This document shows, one piece after another, positions 57,680 to 64,000 of a stretch of DNA of 64,000 bases (positions within the stretch are counted from its first letter, which is position 1; each line of letters opens with the position of its first letter). Source of the DNA: Candidatus Bathyarchaeia archaeon (lineage in GTDB: Archaea > Thermoproteota > Bathyarchaeia > 40CM-2-53-6). Below the pieces are notes generated by a model. It was not told where the DNA came from. It saw only the letters and a program-made list of their open reading frames with translations, and did no database searches. A program made the translations under genes and the position numbers. The DNA lies in assembly GCA_049513715.1 (NCBI GenBank), contig JBEKVV010000004.1, positions 177,452 to 241,451 on the forward strand. The letters are read 5' to 3'.

Positions 57680-58840
57680 TCAACTCTCTGCTTCTTCCGG
57701 TTTAATCTTTAGAACAAGAAGTGCACTAGCGAATAGAGCGGATGAACCCACTAAGAAAATGGACACGGGGCTGAAGGTGTTCCAGACAAACCCCAAGACC
57801 AGAGGACCAATAATGAAACCTAGGTCTTCAAAGGACCCGTACATTCCTATTGCTGTGCCGTGTGATTTGTCGAATGTGATTTCTGGAATTACGGCCAGGA
57901 GAAGTGAGAGCGCAGCAAGCCCCAAGGACACGAGCACCGATACCAGGAATAACTGGTCCTGAGTTCTTGCTACCAGATAGAAAAGAAACATCCCAGAAGA
58001 TGATAGAAGTCCGACCCCGGCTATTCTTCGTCTCCCAAACTTGTCCGACAACCACCCGAACAACGGCATCGCCGCTAACTGCGCCGCATAGATAATACTG
58101 AGAAGTAGGCCAACCTGAACGGTTGACATGTTCATTTGCTCTAACACGTAAAGCGGCAGGAAGGATTTCACCAACGACAGCGCGATGAACCCGAAAACTG
58201 CCGAGAGAAACAGAAAGCCTGCCGAGCGCATATGAAAGGTCGACCTAACACGAGGCGCATCTTGCACAGTCGCACGCGGCTTTGACTTTGGGAGAGTGAA
58301 CATTATGATACAAGCTAACACTAGAGCCAACGCAGACGACGCATAGAATGAACAGCTGAACGAGCAAGATGCAGCTAGATATGCGCCAACCAACGGGCCT
58401 ATTATGCGCCCCAATGTCGAAAATGACCACCACAGACTTGCGAACAATCCGACCGATTTCAGCGGTGACTCATCGGACACATAGGCTCTGGTTGTGGGCC
58501 CCAAAGCTACACCGACTACGCCCCAAGAGAACTGCACGAAGATGAAATAGGGAACAAGTGACCTGACTGTATACAACGGGAAGATGATGCTCATCCCTAG
58601 AACGGAGAGAAACATGAGGAGCCGTCGATCAACTCGGTCAGAGATTCTACCCCAAATCCATTCGAACAGGAACATGCCGAGCGCGGCTGATGTGGCGAGA
58701 AAACTCCAATCGACAACCCCTATTCCCAGCGATTGAACATAAAGAGGTAATATTGGCCCGTTAACAGAAGCACTGGTCAAGACGCTCCACAAAAGAAGGA
58801 TCAGATAGATTGGCAACATTCGACAAAGGTTGCGGTTCAA
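57680..58840 (-). CDS. MFS transporter
   Basis: WGRISDRVDRR and GWLSDKFGRRR motif A copies; about 12 TM helices. Confidence 0.9.
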   Translation of the reverse strand: MNRNLCRMLPIYLILLLWSVLTSASVNGPILPLYVQSLGIGVVDWSFLATSAALGMFLFEWIWGRISDRVDRRLLMFLSVLGMSIIFPLYTVRSLVPYFIFVQFSWGVVGVALGPTTRAYVSDESPLKSVGLFASLWWSFSTLGRIIGPLVGAYLAASCSFSCSFYASSALALVLACIIMFTLPKSKPRATVQDAPRVRSTFHMRSAGFLFLSAVFGFIALSLVKSFLPLYVLEQMNMSTVQVGLLLSIIYAAQLAAMPLFGWLSDKFGRRRIAGVGLLSSSGMFLFYLVARTQDQLFLVSVLVSLGLAALSLLLAVIPEITFDKSHGTAIGMYGSFEDLGFIIGPLVLGFVWNTFSPVSIFLVGSSALFASALLVLKIKPEEAES

Positions 58841-59137
58841 GTGCTTTCATGTCCTGGATCGGATCTGTGAGCCCTAGGATCCCATGCTTGGTTCGGAGAC
58901 ATGATTCGATGTGTGTCGGGGGACGGTCAGATCTAAGTGCCTTCCTTGGTTCGGAGCATTCGTATCTTCAATAGCCCAAGCTAATCTCGACTGCTCTCTG
59001 ACTTTGTCAGCTTCATCTTGCCTAAATCGGCGGCAAGAGTTTAAGTGAATCATAAATGCTCCCAAAATATGATGTAGAGAATAAAGAGTAGCTGTGATTC
59101 CTTAGGCATTCGATATGAGCAAAGTCCACACTCTGCT

Positions 59138-59184
59138 TATATGTACCGGTAAATTGGGGCTGAAATCCCCTACCCCATCTCTGA
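59138..59184 (+). repeat. Repeat B6
   Basis: TATATGTACCGGTAAATTGGGGCTGAAATCCCCTACCCCATCTCTGA. Confidence 0.9.
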
Positions 59185-59293
59185 AACCGACTATACATTG
59201 ATAGGTGTACTTCTCGATTCTGTTGGCCTTTGTGACATAAAAATAAACACTGCCTTTTTAGAGTCAGCTTCGACAAAACTATGTGAGGGGTTA

Positions 59294-59881
59294 GTGACGC
59301 CACCCGCTGCTGTCAAAACGTTGCGAGAGCTGATCTACTGGCAGTATGCGAAGATCATCTCCAACTCTGCTGGCATGGGGAAGAAGCAGTGGGGTTTCGT
59401 TATGGACCGGTTCGAGAAGCTCAGAGACGAAAATATTTTCTGGAATAGCATAAGAGAGTATATCAAGGAGAGAGAAACGTCCGAAAAATGTTCTTTTTGC
59501 GGTTCCTCCGGCCAACTCTCGCTTGAGCATCTCTTTCCCAGAACTCTTAACGGACCTGACGATGAAAAGAACGTTACTTGGATTTGTCGTCGATGTAATT
59601 CCTCAAAAGGCGCAAGAAGGCCATATGAGTATTGGACACTGCGTGATGGCCTGAAAGCTGCGAAGTACGACATGCCACGACTTGTGGAGGGGAAGTACCT
59701 CAAGTTCGTGTTTGAGACACTGTCAGGAACAGATTACCTGGATCTTTCCATGACCGAGATCGAAAAGCGAGTGTGTCCAACCTGCGACCTTACCCCGTTA
59801 TGCAGAAAGGAACGGACTGTCAACAAGCTGTCGCCTCTTTGCATAGACGGAATAACCACGCTTCAGCTTATGAAGGCGTAA
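59294..59881 (+). CDS. HNH endonuclease
   Basis: CSFCG..EHLFP..GPD..NV..CRRCNSSKG; probable GTG start at 59294. Confidence 0.85.
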   Translation: MTPPAAVKTLRELIYWQYAKIISNSAGMGKKQWGFVMDRFEKLRDENIFWNSIREYIKERETSEKCSFCGSSGQLSLEHLFPRTLNGPDDEKNVTWICRRCNSSKGARRPYEYWTLRDGLKAAKYDMPRLVEGKYLKFVFETLSGTDYLDLSMTEIEKRVCPTCDLTPLCRKERTVNKLSPLCIDGITTLQLMKA

Positions 59882-60225
59882 TGTAATGGTGAGCCAAGCG
59901 TCGGCTCGGAAGTCAATCCTAGGTCTTATTGTTCTCACACTCGTTCTGAACCGCTTTGCCTATTCAGCTCTGAAAGCGTTTGCTTGAAACTTGCTGAGCT
60001 ATGAAACATGTCGTGGTTACGATCCCAAAACGTACGCCTGTATTAACCCGACAATCTCACGCAGCATAATGAGGGAGCTTATTGAAGAGTAGCATCAGTT
60101 ATCCAAACACAACTACACACAAGGGGAGGGACGGTCGAAACGAATTTCGCCTAAGCCTCAGTTAACCGATATGGCTGATTACTATCCTTCTACCAACGAA
60201 TATGTTTAGTTTTGAAGCTGCATCT

Positions 60226-61599
60226 CTATTTCTGTGAAACCAAATCAAAGAAGCGGATGTAGGCTTCGATGCCACGATAGTAGGTGGGAAGGTGCTGTCT
60301 CTCGTTAGGGGCGTGGATATTGTCGTCAGGCAGGCCGAATCCCAACAGAACTGAGTCAACGCCAAGTCTGGTCTTGACCATGTTCACCACGGGAACGCTG
60401 CCTCCTGCCAGTTGAAACAGCGGTCTAACTCCAAAAGTGGCTTGTAGGGCTGACGCAGCTGCTCGCATAGCTGGCGTATTGCGATCAACAAGAACAGCCG
60501 GGGCACTCGTGAGATTCTTGACCTCCCAGGTCACGGTTTGAGGCGCATTCTTGCGCAAATACTCCTTCAACTGATTCTCCACAGCCCCATTGTCCTGTTC
60601 GGGAACAAGCCGCATGGAAATCTTTGCCATGGCTTTCGCGGGCAAGACGGTCTTCGATCCCTCGCCAGTGAAACCAGAGAGGAAACCGTTTACTTCGAGA
60701 GTAGGTCGCCCCCCAATCCGCTCCACAGTCGTGAATCCTTTCTCTCCGTACAGCAGCTTCGTCCCGGTCATCTCTTGCCAAGCTTCGTCGGAAATTGGAA
60801 TGCGCGCCAATTCGACGCGTTCTTCTTTTGAGAGAACTCGGACTTTATCGTAAAAGCCCGGCAAAGTGACATGCCCATTTGCGTCATGCATTCCTGCAAT
60901 TAATTCACAGAGCACCTGCGCCGGGTTGTGGACTGCTCCTCCAAAACCCCCTGAGTGCAGGTCACTCTTCGCCCCGTAAACCCAGACCTCGAAGTATCCC
61001 AGACCACGAAGCCCGTATACCAGAGAGGGCACGTCAGGTTTTAGGATATGTGAATCGCAGTTCAGGACAAAATCGCATTTCAGTTTGCTCTTGTACTTTT
61101 CCACAAATGGTTCGAGATTTCGTGAACCAATCTCCTCTTCACCCTCGAAGAACATCTTCACGTTGACCGGCAAGCCGCCTGATTTCAGCCATGCCTCCAA
61201 GGCCTTTAGAACTGCATGACCTTGCCCCTTCATATCAGAAGCCCCACGAGCGTAAATGTTGTCTCCCCGCACCGAAGGTTCAAACGGAGGTGAAGTCCAC
61301 TCGTTCAGTGGATCAACTGGCTGAACATCATAATGGCCGTAGACTAAAACGGTGGGTTTGCCTGGAGCGTTAAGCCACTCACCGTAGACAACTGGATGCC
61401 CAGCAGTGGCAAGAACCTCAACATTCTTGAAACCTATACCGTACAGCTGATTTGCAAGCCACTCAGCGCAACGTTGAACGTCTTGCTTATGTTCAGAAAG
61501 TGTAGAGATACTCGGAATTGAGAGGTACTCTCTGAATTCCGTTAGATAACGATCGTGATCACGCTTTGAGGATTCGAGAACTTGCTGTACGGAGGTCAT
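60226..61599 (-). CDS. M20 dipeptidase (Dug1/CNDP2-like)
   Basis: YGHYDVQP, ARGASDMKG, EGEEEIGS, DLHSG, HAPNE. Confidence 0.92.
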   Translation of the reverse strand: MTSVQQVLESSKRDHDRYLTEFREYLSIPSISTLSEHKQDVQRCAEWLANQLYGIGFKNVEVLATAGHPVVYGEWLNAPGKPTVLVYGHYDVQPVDPLNEWTSPPFEPSVRGDNIYARGASDMKGQGHAVLKALEAWLKSGGLPVNVKMFFEGEEEIGSRNLEPFVEKYKSKLKCDFVLNCDSHILKPDVPSLVYGLRGLGYFEVWVYGAKSDLHSGGFGGAVHNPAQVLCELIAGMHDANGHVTLPGFYDKVRVLSKEERVELARIPISDEAWQEMTGTKLLYGEKGFTTVERIGGRPTLEVNGFLSGFTGEGSKTVLPAKAMAKISMRLVPEQDNGAVENQLKEYLRKNAPQTVTWEVKNLTSAPAVLVDRNTPAMRAAASALQATFGVRPLFQLAGGSVPVVNMVKTRLGVDSVLLGFGLPDDNIHAPNERQHLPTYYRGIEAYIRFFDLVSQK

Positions 61600-61822
61600 G
61601 GATGCTCATTTGGGTCGGATAGATTAAGTGATATTTCATCTTTGCATTCTAGCTTGAGGCCAAGCAATCATTCCGCGTCAGTGAATTTGCTGGTCACCAG
61701 GGTTCCGACATGAGACCCTCTGGTGGCGCATCAGCATACCCACACTCCATCGCCAGAGAATGATTGTGTGAAGTTACGGTTCTACTTTGTACCGTCGTAC
61801 GCATACTAGTTCGATGCGGGTT

Positions 61823-62323
61823 TCAGAATCTGTTGTAGCTTACGGTTTCATTCAAAGGCTTCCTTGGAGTCGTGGCTGGTTTTTCTTCTGGACACCCGAA
61901 GCTGAGGAGCGCTAGGATCTTCCAGTCATTTGGCACACGCAGTAATTCTCTCACTTCTGCCTCGTCAAAGTCGCCTACCCAACATGAACCGATCCCGAGC
62001 CCCCAGGCTGCGATGACCATGTTCTGCATTGCTATGGTGGTATCGACTGTTGACCATTTACGAGCGTACGCACTTCCTTCGTATGCACAACCGACAATCG
62101 CGAATGCGGAGTCTCTGATGAACCCGCTCCATTGCCTGTGGGACAGCTTTTCCTTAACCTCTGGGTCAGTGAGTACGATGAAACGCCATGGTTGCCCGTT
62201 GCTGGCGGAAGGAGCGTATCTCCCGGCCTCAAGAATTTTCTGTATGGTGTCTTGGGGAATCTGCTCCGCCTTATATTTCCGGATGCTCCTTCGAGATAAC
62301 AGTAGGTCAATAACTGACATCAA
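61823..62323 (-). CDS. Nitroreductase family protein
   Basis: RRSIRKY, APSASNGQPW, GIGSCW. Confidence 0.92.
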   Translation of the reverse strand: MMSVIDLLLSRRSIRKYKAEQIPQDTIQKILEAGRYAPSASNGQPWRFIVLTDPEVKEKLSHRQWSGFIRDSAFAIVGCAYEGSAYARKWSTVDTTIAMQNMVIAAWGLGIGSCWVGDFDEAEVRELLRVPNDWKILALLSFGCPEEKPATTPRKPLNETVSYNRF

Positions 62324-62400
62324 CGTTCAAGGAATCTGTCTCACTCGAACTAGTAGCTCTTACGACAGATATTCACGTTTGAATGTTTATTGATTGGGGC

Positions 62401-62494
62401 GGTGTGTGTGGTATCAGTGGTGCGCACACCACACAAAACCGACTGAACTTACGGTTCAATTCTGGACGCCCGCACCAAGAGAATCACACACACC
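62401..62494. repeat. CGCACCA-core repeats A6 (minus strand) and A7 (plus strand)
   Basis: GGTGTGTGTGGTATCAGTGGTGCGCACACCACAC; GGTTCAATTCTGGACGCCCGCACCAAGAGAATCACACACACC. Confidence 0.7.
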
Positions 62495-62622
62495 GATGCA
62501 TGCTGCTCGCTTCGCTCGCATAACCAACCAAAATCCATCCAAAATGCAGCTCATCTTATCCAGCAGACTGAGGTTCAGATCCAGCGCCGTCTAGCTCGCA
62601 TGATTAAGTCGTTGATCTCATG

Positions 62623-62817
62623 CTAGTCTAGTTCCGGATGCTTCTTCGTGTATCGGCAACCGCAGACTGCACAGCCATGAAATCCTGAGTGAAATCGACG
62701 CAAATGATGACAAACATCACAGCACGAATCTCGATGAGCTGTCCAATGATGTTCATGAAGTTGGTCGTTTGATCGAAATATCTTAGCTGGTTGACACAGT
62801 TTACAATAGTGGCTCAT
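62623..62817 (-). CDS. Small Cys/His-rich Zn-finger protein
   Basis: CKLC..F..L.EHHW..H (C2H2-like) plus CDVCHH..H..CAVCGC. Confidence 0.55.
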   Translation of the reverse strand: MSHYCKLCQPAKIFRSNDQLHEHHWTAHRDSCCDVCHHLRRFHSGFHGCAVCGCRYTKKHPELD

Positions 62818-62918
62818 TGATTGAAACCAAACCTCAATCCAAACTCAACCCGCCACCTGCCTGTTTATTGCTTTCGCTAATTAGGCGGCCAAGTTTCAGT
62901 TTTCTGGGGGGGTACTAA

Positions 62919-62944
62919 TGGTGCGGGCGACTGAATTTGAACTC
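62919..62944 (-). repeat. CGCACCA-core repeat A8 (tRNA-3'-like)
   Basis: Reverse complement GAGTTCAAATTCAGTCGCCCGCACCA followed by TTAGTACCC. Confidence 0.7.
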
Positions 62945-63233
62945 AACATTGTCCGATGCCGACCTAAACATTTTCTGTAAGATATGCCATATGGAGAGCG
63001 TGAGTCTGTTGTCTGACGAGAAAAGCTCCGCTTCCGACAATCATCCGGTGTTCATCCAGCCAAGCACAGGAAATACGGGGGTTCAAATCCGGCCCCCTAC
63101 ACTTTCTGATGAACCTAGTACACTCATTTCCACTGGATAACTGCGAGCCTTGACCAAGGCAGCGGTAAGGCCAGCCTAGTCGGATTTTCTGCGACGATTC
63201 AAGTCCGCCGTAATGTCTCCTTCTAGGCGGGAA

Positions 63234-64000
63234 TCAGGTGTAGTCCAGAATGCTTGTCTTTTTGCCTGCTGTTCGTACTCCGGTTTGACTGATGCGCTTG
63301 AGAATTGAGTGCATCTTCTGTTCTTTGCGAATGCTGCTCCAATAGTATGCTTCGTCAACCGTATCTTCAGCCATCAAGACTGTGACCTTGCCAATCCTGG
63401 TTCTTCCAGTTCTCCCCCTTCGCTGAATGGTTCGTATTTCGGATGGCACTGCTTCATAGAAGATGACGTGGTCCACGTCCGGAACGTGTAGGCCTTCTTC
63501 GCCTATGCTTGTGGTTACGAGGATGTTGAACTTGCCAGACTTGAAGTCCTCCAAGGTTTGCACTTGCTCTTTCTGTGATAGGCCTCGACTGGAATCTTCG
63601 CTTGTTGCGTGGCCGACGAAGCGAACCGGACGCGAGCCCTCCTGTTCCAGTTTCGTTACGATCAGCTCTACGGTGTCTCGATATTGCGTGAACACTATGA
63701 TGCGACTGGTTTGGTTCATCCTCAATTGTTCGATGATCAAGTTGGAGAGGAGGTTCAATTTCGGATGTGACGTGTGAATAGTATCGGTTAACTGGATGGC
63801 TGTTTGAACTCGGGGGTCTTTCAGTAGGCTTTTGATGGTTCGTTTCGGGTTTTCTGACATGCGGGTGAAATACTGCTTCAGATTCTGGATGTCTTGGGTT
63901 TCGAGGAGTTCTATGCCGTGGAGTAGGGAGATGGCTTGCGCTTGGAGTGTTAGGGCGGCGAAGATGTAACCCGAACGTCTCTTCCGAAGCCTTATGATTA
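63234..64000 (-). CDS. Hef/FANCM/MPH1-like SF2 helicase, C-terminal part (starts outside window)
   Basis: Frame open to the window edge; HGIELLETQ, HPKL, FTQYRDT, TSIGEEGL, QRRGRTGR. Confidence 0.9.
   Translation of the reverse strand, partial: IIRLRKRRSGYIFAALTLQAQAISLLHGIELLETQDIQNLKQYFTRMSENPKRTIKSLLKDPRVQTAIQLTDTIHTSHPKLNLLSNLIIEQLRMNQTSRIIVFTQYRDTVELIVTKLEQEGSRPVRFVGHATSEDSSRGLSQKEQVQTLEDFKSGKFNILVTTSIGEEGLHVPDVDHVIFYEAVPSEIRTIQRRGRTGRTRIGKVTVLMAEDTVDEAYYWSSIRKEQKMHSILKRISQTGVRTAGKKTSILDYT

Noticed and set aside
53243..59184. Repeat B as a CRISPR array
   Set aside because: Spacing is 0.5-2.3 kb with whole genes between copies, the copies are degenerate, and no cas genes are present.
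24363..63100. Repeats A and B as canonical integron attC sites or intact tRNA genes
   Set aside because: No RYYYAAC...GTTRRRY boundaries; no 5' acceptor strand, D-arm or anticodon arm could be folded.

Overview
Archaeal chromosome segment, most likely TACK lineage and probably Bathyarchaeia-like (inferred from unsplit rpoB, fused RpoA'/A'', a CdvB paralogue and a degenerate RAD55/KaiC-like protein). About 1-21 kb is mostly core genome: larA fragment, DUF35/thiolase, acyl-CoA synthetase, rpoH-rpoB-rpoA-rpl30e-nusA, ilvE, sod, sufU/sufS. From 21.1 kb the region is accessory. (i) Two IS6-type units sit head-to-tail, with three copies of the 8-bp sequence AACTTAAC at their boundaries. One unit encodes a transposase; the other carries only cargo genes. 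A similar junction lies at 36.7 kb. (ii) An ActB2/ActC-like (alternative complex III core) operon has two cupredoxin-domain proteins and no c-type cytochromes. Next to it are a ubiquitin-like protein with a twin-arginine leader and metal transporters. (iii) Acyl-CoA dehydrogenase/AbfD-like, pfkA-fba-GH130-PMM and peptide/amide catabolism clusters follow. (iv) Two families of intergenic repeats resembling tRNA 3' ends separate unrelated single genes like a cassette array (24.4-27.2 kb, 53.2-59.2 kb, 62.4-63.1 kb). No complete tRNA, rRNA, CRISPR array or integrase was seen. All protein calls come from motif recognition by eye; no searches were run.
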